Shown here one piece after another: positions 8,820-17,003 of a DNA stretch of 64,000 bases (its first letter is position 1; the number at the start of each line of letters is the position of its first letter). The translations under genes were made by a program, and so were the position numbers. Source of the DNA: Hungateiclostridiaceae bacterium UBA1305 (GTDB taxonomy: Bacteria > Bacillota > Clostridia > Acetivibrionales > DTU013); the NCBI GenBank assembly GCA_002307275.1, contig DBTX01000021.1, positions 8,432 through 72,431 of the forward strand, given 5' to 3'. The notes beneath the pieces are model-generated. The model ran no database searches and was not told the DNA's origin. It saw nothing but the letters and a program-made list of their open reading frames with translations.

Positions 8820-9743
8820 TTATTTCTTATAAACTACTACACAAGTCGACCATCCTGCCCCTTGTACATACACCTTATATCCAGAAGTGTAAAAATACTT
8901 TTCTATCAACTCATAATCAATATCCTCTTTCAGTCTTGCATAATCCATTATTTGATTTACAAAATCACTGCTGAATTTACTTTTTAGTATCTTTTCTGCT
9001 TCCGATAATTGATCATCTATGGAATACCTGAAATGAACCATCATATACAAAACAGCATTTTCATTCATAACTGCCGAAATAGTATGGACTTCTGGTATTG
9101 TAAACCCATTAACAACGTTGGATTTATTCGTATCTATTACCGTCCTCTTTGTCGGATCAATAAGGCAGATAATCATTTTCGACGCTTCGGCTCTCGTCGC
9201 CTTGTCATCAGATCCAAAATCGCCATTAAGATAACCGTTTACAATGCCTTTGCTATAGACTTTTAAAATGTACTCACGATCCTTGGAAGCAGAAAATTTA
9301 TAGTAGTCTTTTATTAGGCTCATATACGCATCCAGATTTTCCGGAAATGTTTCCTTCATCCCCCTGGCTATAATCCTTGCGATCTCGCCCCTGGTGATCT
9401 TCTTCGAATAATCGTTGAATTCTCCGTCTTTAATCAGTCCCAATTCCTTTGCCTTGCTGATATATGGGTCAGCCCAACTCTTGCCAGTGCCCTGCTGCGG
9501 ATTATTCCCCAACGCAATAACCACAAACTTTATCAGTTGGTCCACCTGAAGGTTGTCCTTCGGGCCATATTTTCCGTTGCCGTATCCTACACAGATACCT
9601 TTTTCTGACATTACATCAACGTATGGTTTGAACCAATCCGTACCCTTCACGTCATTGAAGATTATCGGTTGTCCAGCGGATACAGCAGCCCCCAACACGG
9701 TAAAAATAAAAACAATGATTAATAATACTACTGACTTTTTCAT
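8820..9743 (-). CDS. SLH-domain cell-wall-anchored protein
   Basis: The start is placed at the in-frame ATG (MKKSVVLLIIVFIFTVLGAAVSA signal peptide) preceded by AAGGAG. FNDVKGTDWFKPYVDVMSEKGICVGYGNGKYGPKDNLQVDQLIKFVV and a second block ITRGEIARIIARG are S-layer-homology-like. Confidence 0.72.
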   Translation of the reverse strand: MKKSVVLLIIVFIFTVLGAAVSAGQPIIFNDVKGTDWFKPYVDVMSEKGICVGYGNGKYGPKDNLQVDQLIKFVVIALGNNPQQGTGKSWADPYISKAKELGLIKDGEFNDYSKKITRGEIARIIARGMKETFPENLDAYMSLIKDYYKFSASKDREYILKVYSKGIVNGYLNGDFGSDDKATRAEASKMIICLIDPTKRTVIDTNKSNVVNGFTIPEVHTISAVMNENAVLYMMVHFRYSIDDQLSEAEKILKSKFSSDFVNQIMDYARLKEDIDYELIEKYFYTSGYKVYVQGAGWSTCVVVYKK

Positions 9744-9795
9744 ATGTTCACACTCCTTCGAATTTTCCAACCACTCGGAATAAAGAAAAAATAAA

Positions 9796-10848
9796 TCATG
9801 GCCTGCATACGGGACATGCCCTGTATCCTTCCGACGCAGCCTGCTTTTTCGAGTTATAGGTCCCCTCAATTACGGTAATACGGCTGCAGCCTTCCTTGTG
9901 GAAGTACTTTACGCCATTATAGGTACTTCCGATTAAATTGTCTTTCACTGTCAGCTTCGTACCGCCAAAGCCAAAAGTATTATAAATTTTATCCGTTCCG
10001 GGTATGGTAAACCCCTGCAGGAACGATATGAAACAAACATCATCAATGGTATTGTTCCATGTATCCTCCTCAACCATGGGAATATTATAGATGTATCCCT
10101 GCCCATATACCTGTGATAAATAGTTCGCCCTGCTTGTATAGTATTCCAGCTGCATTTGAATCAGCTGGATGATGGTCTGCCTCCGAATGCTGTCGAAGTT
10201 GACTGAAGATGTAAAAAGATTCACCGGGTATATTGCAGCAAGTCGTTCCCTCTTGTCCTGAGTCCAGGCAGCGGTTGAATGATCAAATACATATGCAGAG
10301 TCATCCAGCGTAAAATTGACAGTCAGATTACTGCCGTTATCATAATAGGAATAAGGAATTTTAGGCATCCATACTTCCCTTGTTTCGTATCCGGCTGCAT
10401 CAGCATTGTAGACATTCTGCCATGTGTGTACATACAAGCCGTCATAACCGACTACCATCTGCACAGGCAGATACGCTTTCAAAGAATCCTGCCCTACTTT
10501 GTCTTCTTCTACACCAAAGTTGATGTATACCGTTTCCAAAAACCTGTCCGTCGCTGCCTGAAGATTCAATTCAATATCCTTCGAACTCTTGTGCGCCCCC
10601 TCAAAATACTGATCCCCGGAACTCATAACAGAGCTTCTGCCAGAACTCAAGCCGGAACTTAAACCGGCATTCGATCCAAAATTCTGTACCAGGGCTATTG
10701 TTGCATCCTCACTGGCATTATACATGACCTCATCATAAACCTGTTCCCAGCTCAAAGCCTCAATTTGCCGGTGCTGCTCTATATCGGCGGAGACAGAGAA
10801 CGGAAGGAGCGCCAGTAAAAAGAGTAACGCTAAATCAGTAATCTTCAT
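9796..10848 (-). CDS. Exported protein with a C-terminal Ada-type zinc-knuckle-like motif
   Basis: 350-aa ORF with signal peptide MKITDLALLFLLALLPFSVSA. The C-terminus is FHKEGCSRI...SEGYRACPVCRP. Its start overlaps the upstream gene by 14 nt. Confidence 0.8.
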   Translation of the reverse strand: MKITDLALLFLLALLPFSVSADIEQHRQIEALSWEQVYDEVMYNASEDATIALVQNFGSNAGLSSGLSSGRSSVMSSGDQYFEGAHKSSKDIELNLQAATDRFLETVYINFGVEEDKVGQDSLKAYLPVQMVVGYDGLYVHTWQNVYNADAAGYETREVWMPKIPYSYYDNGSNLTVNFTLDDSAYVFDHSTAAWTQDKRERLAAIYPVNLFTSSVNFDSIRRQTIIQLIQMQLEYYTSRANYLSQVYGQGYIYNIPMVEEDTWNNTIDDVCFISFLQGFTIPGTDKIYNTFGFGGTKLTVKDNLIGSTYNGVKYFHKEGCSRITVIEGTYNSKKQAASEGYRACPVCRP

Positions 10849-11356
10849 TCGTCACCATTCCTCCGGCCTTTGAAAACAGGAGGGAATTCCCGGCCTCACC
10901 GCCTAAAGCCTGTATGAATACCATCGTCCCCGTTTTGGATTTATTGACAACTTCAACACTGATATTGTCGCCCTGGTGCATTCGATACTGGTGTGTCGGG
11001 TCTGCATCCATCTCCTCAATAATTGTATTGATCGGAAACATCTCCTCCACTACCGTAAAGGTATGCTCCGGGGTATATCCCGGATCGGTTGCCTGCAACG
11101 GGTAGTATACTTTTTCCGTATGCACGATCCGGATGTCGTAAACATTTTCCGTATTTGATAGCGTTTTTACAAAATCCTCATACATATCATCGTCAATATA
11201 CCCTTTATGCCTTATATCATTTGCAAATTCCTGTGTCTGCATGTTGACATACTTGAAAACCTGCTGGTCGATAATCCAGTAAGCACGGTACGCAGGCACT
11301 ATCGTTAACAAGATAATTGCAACAATTGACGCGAATAAGGTTGAAAGAGGATTCAT
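10835..11356 (-). CDS. Bitopic membrane-anchored protein, unknown family (minor-pilin or assembly candidate)
   Basis: 173-aa ORF with a single N-terminal TM helix (LFASIVAIILLTIVPAY). RBS GGAGG lies upstream. It sits within the operon. Confidence 0.72.
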   Translation of the reverse strand: MNPLSTLFASIVAIILLTIVPAYRAYWIIDQQVFKYVNMQTQEFANDIRHKGYIDDDMYEDFVKTLSNTENVYDIRIVHTEKVYYPLQATDPGYTPEHTFTVVEEMFPINTIIEEMDADPTHQYRMHQGDNISVEVVNKSKTGTMVFIQALGGEAGNSLLFSKAGGMVTNEDY

Positions 11357-11450
11357 ATGCAGCCTCCGTTGTACACTGTATCAATAGAGAAAACAATCAT
11401 CCGGCATTAACCCAGCGCTAACTCATTTATGATTCATCACTATAAGCACT

Positions 11451-11530
11451 GGCTATTATTTCAGTCAGCTATTACTGCAGTCAGTTGTTACTGCTGTCAG
11501 TGTTATTACAATCAGCTGTTACTGCTGAAC
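11451..11530. repeat. Five tandem units of about 16 bp echoing the stop region of the pilin-like gene
   Basis: The units are ggctattatttcagtca, gctattactgcagtca, gttgttactgctgtca, gtgttattacaatca and gctgttactgctgaac. The last is the gene's own end, with TAA being the complement of 11519-11521. Confidence 0.8.
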
Positions 11531-11935
11531 AAAACTGATAGCTGTAACAATGCCGTTATCATTCGTTGTGAGCGTTGATTTAAAAGTTCCTACAGGGTTA
11601 ATGTATTCACCACTGCCAGAATCGGTAATATCATATTTATTATCTGAATCGTAGTCCACTTTTGCTGCTACCATAATAGTTCTTACACTAACATCCAATA
11701 CGTCGGTCTCGCCATACATTCTCACTGCATTTACAACACTGCTGCCGGATACTTCGGTTCCGTTGTAGGCATCATATTTCTTGGAAGTGATCACCTGGCT
11801 GATTCCCTTGATATCGCTCTCAGAGTTTTTGGTAATGTCCGCACCCTGTCCAAACAGGGCAATCGCGATGGCTATTGCCGCAACAGTAATCAGTACGGCG
11901 GCTCCGAGCTTGATGATTGTTGTAACATTGTTCAT
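11519..11935 (-). CDS. Putative filament subunit / pilin-like protein (non-canonical)
   Basis: 138-aa ORF. It has a short polar N-terminus followed by a hydrophobic helix (MNNVTTIIKLGAAVLITVAAIAIAIALFGQG) and then a beta-rich Ser/Thr/Asp domain. It lies directly downstream of the platform gene, and the RBS is GGGGGATAGG. Confidence 0.55.
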   Translation of the reverse strand: MNNVTTIIKLGAAVLITVAAIAIAIALFGQGADITKNSESDIKGISQVITSKKYDAYNGTEVSGSSVVNAVRMYGETDVLDVSVRTIMVAAKVDYDSDNKYDITDSGSGEYINPVGTFKSTLTTNDNGIVTAISFVQQ

Positions 11936-11965
11936 TTCCTATCCCCCCATAAATTAATGAATTTA

Positions 11966-14029
11966 TCACATTAACTGCTTCTGTATAGACGAAAAAGCAG
12001 TAAATGACGAAAAAATAATCGGCAGTGCCATATATAGAAGCAGAACGGCATAAACCGGAATAAAACCAATCAACTGGCCAAACTCAATTTTCTTGTTAAT
12101 CTGCTGCTTATTGGATTCCTTTCTGCTTTCCTTGTAAAACTCCCTTTCCAGTTCCAGAGCATCAAATGCCGCAATCAGGCTGATATCCTCATTTGCCATC
12201 TGCAAATTATCAATAATTTTGACAAACGGTTTAAATTTTACGTCTTCTTTCAGCCTTTCGAGAGCCAGGTTCTGATTCTGGAAATTGGTCAGGCACAGTT
12301 CTATCGGTGCCCTGAATATATTGGCAAATTCCTTCATCCATTCCAGTACGACCTTAACATCCACATTGTCGTGATGCATCAGAAGAATGATGATCGTATG
12401 GAATTGAAATACCTCATCCTCCATATCAACCTTTCTGAGCGACGCCTGAAAGGTAAGCAATATCATCGGGAACCAGGATGCAGCACCCGCAATGATCAAG
12501 GATAGCAAGACCTCCCATAACCGGATAGTTTCTTTTTTACTGTCAATGATTTTTAAGCAGATTCTTTGTGCTGTCAGCTCCTGATCTTCTCCCTCATAGC
12601 TCATGGAAACAAGTTCCGCTTTGGCAGCAGCCAGTATATCCTCTGCCTTTGAGAGTCCCATGCTTCCGATTTCTCCAATGATGGAAGCATCCAGTTCCCT
12701 GATTTTCTTATCATTTAGAAGTTCTTCCTCATCCAACCTGCCCATCATCCGGAAAAAGTTGGCATTATCGATTCCATAGGCAGTGTCCGCCATAATTTTT
12801 TCAACATTCGTACGATGCCCGGAGGAGAACACAGCAAGCATGATGATAAAGACAGAAATAGCGTATATCAGTCGCCGCAGGTACAGACCCTCGACCGTCA
12901 TGGCAGATCCTGCATCATCTTCCAGAAAGGATTTCAATTTGCGATACTTTACGGTATTCTGCCTTGGAGTAAAAATGTTCACAAAAAACCGTATGAAGCC
13001 TATTCTGTTGAGGTAATAATCCCAGGTCTTTTTATAACATACTTTCACTTTTTGTTCCGTCTTTTGGATCTGAACAATGAATACATAGCATACAATAATA
13101 ATCAAAAAAATGGAGCATCTTAAATAAAACCCGGTTGCTGAATCATAAAATGACGATACAATTGGGAAGCCAGACCTCATCCATGATTCGATTACCGGCG
13201 GCAGCAGCAGCGGAAACAGCACAATGATGTTCAGGCCGCGCAGCCAATAAGCCAGTTGGTTCTTTTTAATGATTTCTATCTGAATTTCTTCTGTAATATA
13301 GTTCAGATTTTTGATATACAGAGAAATGCCCTCAATCTTTTTATCTCCAAAATCCTGTACCAGGTAAGAGAAGCCGGCAAATATCTTCAGGAATTTATTT
13401 GAACATGTCTCGTAATACTCCTTCAGCATATACTCCGGGTTTGCCCCCGTCAGAATATTGTAAATCCTCGTGCCCTGATTCAACATTTCACCTGCTGTAC
13501 GTAAATTAGCCTGCTTAATGGCCTCGCCCACCATGGCCGTAGCATGGTAGAAATGCTTGACATCACCTACATAGTCAACCATGGCCGCCAGCAACCTTGT
13601 ATCGGAATTGCCTGCAAAGCTTTGTATGATCATACTGTTGAGGTAAATGCAGCAAATGCCGAATAACAGCATTGTCCAGAGGTCCGCTTGATACAGCCGG
13701 ACAAGCACGAAGAACGTGACAATTGATGTCAGGATAGAGCCGAATCCAAGCAACACGGATTTTGTATCCAGATTGGTTATCGAAGAATTACCGCCAGGAG
13801 AAAGCTGCGACCTTACCCACCTCAAATAACTGCCTATGACCGGTTTTTCATAAAGGGATTCACATCCGGATCCTGTCCAAGTCTTCCTGCTTAAGCCTCT
13901 GGTATTGATCCTTATATAATTACGGTTGGCGTTTTCAAGCCTGTTTGCTATAAATAAAGCTGCCAATGCGATAGCAATCACAAGCCCGCCGGCAGAAAAC
14001 AGTAATATTTTCGACACCGCTATCCGCAC
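11966..14029 (-). CDS. Polytopic inner-membrane platform protein, TadB+TadC-like (two GspF/T2SSF-like modules)
   Basis: 687-aa ORF with two repeats of a helical cytoplasmic region flanked by TM helices. It lies between the ATPase and the pilin-like gene. The start is uncertain: GTG at 14029 or GTG at 14017. Confidence 0.6.
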   Translation of the reverse strand: MRIAVSKILLFSAGGLVIAIALAALFIANRLENANRNYIRINTRGLSRKTWTGSGCESLYEKPVIGSYLRWVRSQLSPGGNSSITNLDTKSVLLGFGSILTSIVTFFVLVRLYQADLWTMLLFGICCIYLNSMIIQSFAGNSDTRLLAAMVDYVGDVKHFYHATAMVGEAIKQANLRTAGEMLNQGTRIYNILTGANPEYMLKEYYETCSNKFLKIFAGFSYLVQDFGDKKIEGISLYIKNLNYITEEIQIEIIKKNQLAYWLRGLNIIVLFPLLLPPVIESWMRSGFPIVSSFYDSATGFYLRCSIFLIIIVCYVFIVQIQKTEQKVKVCYKKTWDYYLNRIGFIRFFVNIFTPRQNTVKYRKLKSFLEDDAGSAMTVEGLYLRRLIYAISVFIIMLAVFSSGHRTNVEKIMADTAYGIDNANFFRMMGRLDEEELLNDKKIRELDASIIGEIGSMGLSKAEDILAAAKAELVSMSYEGEDQELTAQRICLKIIDSKKETIRLWEVLLSLIIAGAASWFPMILLTFQASLRKVDMEDEVFQFHTIIILLMHHDNVDVKVVLEWMKEFANIFRAPIELCLTNFQNQNLALERLKEDVKFKPFVKIIDNLQMANEDISLIAAFDALELEREFYKESRKESNKQQINKKIEFGQLIGFIPVYAVLLLYMALPIIFSSFTAFSSIQKQLM

Positions 14030-16053
14030 CTCCCTGAACTCTCTTCCAAGTTCCCGAATTCCTTGTCCAGGAAGGCGGCAAACAGTTTTTGATCCTCCCT
14101 CAGCATGGCTTTCGCCATCGCCTTTCTATTACTATCGCTTATCCTGTTCTTCACGACATAGGCGTTTTCAATCAGATCATATTCTATGATGTTGCGGTAA
14201 GTGTATGAATGTCCGCCAAGCATTCTTTCATAATAGCGGTACTGAGCTTCCTTGATCAGTCTGTCAAGGTTACTCGGGTCGTTGTCGTTGCTGCTATTAC
14301 TGCTACTGCTGTTACTACTGTTGCTGTTATTTCTGTTGTTGCTACTGTTGCTGTTATTGCTGCTGTTATTGCTGCTGTTACTGCTGTTGCTGTTATTGCT
14401 GCTGTTGCTGCTGTTGCTGCTGTTGCTGTTATTGCTGTTGCTGTTACTGCTGCAGTTGCTGTTACTGCTATTGCCGCTATTTTCATTACTGTCATTATTT
14501 GTTTTATAACTGTTCCTGCTGCAATCGTCTATATCGAAATCACCGGGTTCAAAGGGAATACATTCTGTTATCCTCTCAATATAACGCTTGCCGGATATAT
14601 CTTTTTCCATGTGTATATCAAAATTCAACACACTTATGATTTGCTCCTCTGCGATACGTTCATTATTAAATACATTGGTTTTAAGCAGAGAATTACGCAG
14701 GGACATTACCAAATCGGGAAACTTCTTTGCATGATGAGAAAACAGGGTAAACAGGCTTGCAACCTGTGCCGTTTGTATCATATATGCCGCTACCGGATCT
14801 GTGGCTACCTCGCCCACGATCGTTACGACGCCGTCGGTTTTTTTCAGTACGTCAAGCCCGGCCTGTCCGGTTATCGCGTCTGTTTCCTGGATGGTAACAA
14901 TGTTTCTGTTGGGATAGCTTTTGCGCACATGAAGTTCAAAAGCCATTTCCAGGATCCGGAGGGTATACGGCGTATAAATATGTTCTATCATGGCGCGCAG
15001 AAGTGTAGTTTTCCCTGATCCCTGGGCGCCCGTGACACTTGTGTTCATGCTTCCTTTCACGAGAAATCCGATCAGTTCAATAACAAGATCACAGTTCTTA
15101 TCTTTGATAAGTCCCGGAAGTGATATGTCCGGAAGATCGAATTTACGGATGAAAAAGCACCATGTTTCACAGAAGTCCGGCCTCAATACCACGACCCTTG
15201 AACCGTCCTTCAGCTTATTTACTTTGAAGCCGTCCACTTTGGAAAGCTGACCAGGATAGCCATATTTATACACGTTTTGGCATACCCTTTGAAGTTCGTC
15301 ATAGCTGCCAAGGGAAAGGAATTTTAAATGAATGCTTTTCCCTTGAAAATACAGCCAGATACTTTCATAGGAACGAACCGCTCCGGTATTGGCCACAGAT
15401 TCATACTCACTTTTGTGTTCCTGGACAAACGATTCCGGCAAACCGTTCACACCGCAGCTTAACCCATCGACCTGCATATCCATAATGTCGTCGATGACAT
15501 TATAGCCTTTATAGAGTGAATACACTCTTTGAACAATGATGTTATATTTGTCTTCATAAGTTATTACCGGTGATTCCCGTTTATAGATACGGTTGATGTC
15601 ATCCATGTCTATAAAGAAATACTCCACATCCTCAGTTTTTCTAAGCAAATCAAGATCATATTTCCTGATCAGGACAGAAAGTGCCTTATAGCCGTATTCT
15701 TTCTTGTACACATGCAGAAGGATGTCGAATTTATCCTGCACCGATAAATGCTCTACCCTTTCAAATGGAATAATATTATTGATTTTAATTGAAGTGATAT
15801 CGTAATATTGCTGCAGCAGTTCCTTGATAAACTCCTTGACAAATTCTTTATCCGGTTTGGAGCCATATATGCAGTCGTTCAGAGCAGCCTGCAGCCGTGA
15901 CTTTTTATTTTGCTTTCTTTCAAGCTCAACGCTTGTTATACCCAAGTCAAACAGCTTCAATTTCATCAGTTCATCAACTGCCTGCTGAACAAATTCCTTC
16001 ATTTGCGGTATATTGTAATTTAGCATTTTGCCGGTGTCTATCGTTAATTCCAT
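14020..16053 (-). CDS. Long CpaF/TadA/VirB11-type secretion ATPase with an Asn/Ser-rich insert
   Basis: The start is set at MELTIDTGK, with GGAGGG upstream. It has Walker A GAQGSGKTT, IVGEVATD (Walker B/Asp-box region) and FSHHA (His box). An N-terminal extension of about 330 aa precedes the core. The C-terminal region holds a run of about 75 residues of N/S. Confidence 0.85.
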   Translation of the reverse strand: MELTIDTGKMLNYNIPQMKEFVQQAVDELMKLKLFDLGITSVELERKQNKKSRLQAALNDCIYGSKPDKEFVKEFIKELLQQYYDITSIKINNIIPFERVEHLSVQDKFDILLHVYKKEYGYKALSVLIRKYDLDLLRKTEDVEYFFIDMDDINRIYKRESPVITYEDKYNIIVQRVYSLYKGYNVIDDIMDMQVDGLSCGVNGLPESFVQEHKSEYESVANTGAVRSYESIWLYFQGKSIHLKFLSLGSYDELQRVCQNVYKYGYPGQLSKVDGFKVNKLKDGSRVVVLRPDFCETWCFFIRKFDLPDISLPGLIKDKNCDLVIELIGFLVKGSMNTSVTGAQGSGKTTLLRAMIEHIYTPYTLRILEMAFELHVRKSYPNRNIVTIQETDAITGQAGLDVLKKTDGVVTIVGEVATDPVAAYMIQTAQVASLFTLFSHHAKKFPDLVMSLRNSLLKTNVFNNERIAEEQIISVLNFDIHMEKDISGKRYIERITECIPFEPGDFDIDDCSRNSYKTNNDSNENSGNSSNSNCSSNSNSNNSNSSNSSNSSNNSNSSNSSNNSSNNSNSSNNRNNSNSSNSSSSNSSNDNDPSNLDRLIKEAQYRYYERMLGGHSYTYRNIIEYDLIENAYVVKNRISDSNRKAMAKAMLREDQKLFAAFLDKEFGNLEESSGRCG
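14278..14505. repeat. Imperfect trinucleotide (GCT/GTT/ACT)n tract encoding poly-Asn/Ser
   Basis: The plus strand reads ...gttgctgctattactgctactgctgttactactgttgctgtt... for about 230 nt. Three additional track ORFs in other frames and strands (14209..15018, 14252..14509, 14256..14495) also run open across it. Confidence 0.9.
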
Positions 16054-16118
16054 CAGTACCCTCCTGCCTGTCTTCAATGTACCCTTTGGGAAGCTGATAT
16101 TGCAACCTTACAAATCAC

Positions 16119-17003
16119 TCACCTGTACACACCGAACATTTTGTCAAACATCGTCTTTTGGACCAGCGGGTTATAGGTGTTTACATCATCAAGTCTGAAC
16201 AGGCTGATGATTTTGCTGATAATGACATCGAGACATTTCATAAAGTCAGCATCGGTATCCGGCATTTTCTTTTTCATCTGGATATCCGTAAAGTATTTGA
16301 GTATATCATGCTGGTTTATAGCATCCATGAACTTTACATTCCTTGGTATGACGAATAGCTCGCCATAATAGTCAAACTCCCTGCGGATCCGTTGGATATC
16401 GAATATTGAATTTTCATCATAATTCCCCAAAATCAGCAAATGCGGCTTATCCTCTATCACAGGATTCCACTCCCTGCGTTCAAAGTACGTCCGCAGAACT
16501 TCCATATTCTGACTTAGACTGACGATCAGAATATCAGCCAGATCAAGGGGCTTCGTAGACAATTCTCCATATCCTGCGTTTATATCGAGTATGACGAATT
16601 CATACGCTCTACGGGCACAGTTTACAATATAGGTGATCTGTTCAAGCAGACGCCCGCTTGAATGACTATCCCTCCGGGTCGTTCCCAAAAGAAGCTCCAG
16701 TCTGTCCGGGATAAAGATATTTGCATAATCCCTGAAGTTGGCGGCGCAGAGCTGGTTTGTCCTTGCGAGCTTCATCAGGGCATCCATTCCGGATTCATCA
16801 AAGATATTGGAGGTAGTATTGCTGTTGGAACTATCCGCAAAAAATGCATTCTCCAGATTACTCTTGCTTATACTGTTGTGCATCAGCAGGATCCTGAAAG
16901 TACGTGTAAGCGCCAATCTCACGGCTATAGCCATAGCATTTGAGGTGTTGCAGGTTTGTCCGTGAAAAGGTGACCATACTCCGATCAACAATGATTTCAT
17001 CAC
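16119..17003 (-). CDS. TadZ/CpaE-like ParA/MinD-fold protein with a degenerate P-loop
   Basis: 294-aa ORF. IGVWSPFHGQTCNTSNAMAIAV sits where MinD/ParA proteins carry GxKGGxGK[ST]. Later blocks FVILDINAGYG and ADILIVSLSQNMEVL fit the fold. It overlaps the upstream gene by 4 nt. Confidence 0.65.
   Translation of the reverse strand: MMKSLLIGVWSPFHGQTCNTSNAMAIAVRLALTRTFRILLMHNSISKSNLENAFFADSSNSNTTSNIFDESGMDALMKLARTNQLCAANFRDYANIFIPDRLELLLGTTRRDSHSSGRLLEQITYIVNCARRAYEFVILDINAGYGELSTKPLDLADILIVSLSQNMEVLRTYFERREWNPVIEDKPHLLILGNYDENSIFDIQRIRREFDYYGELFVIPRNVKFMDAINQHDILKYFTDIQMKKKMPDTDADFMKCLDVIISKIISLFRLDDVNTYNPLVQKTMFDKMFGVYR

Noticed and set aside
14209-15018. Plus-strand ORFs (269 aa, 85-aa poly-Leu) and a minus-strand Ala/Thr ORF across the triplet tract
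   Set aside because: These are artefacts of the (GCT/GTT)n tract, which lacks stop codons in several frames. The ATPase frame is the only one with flanking conserved motifs.
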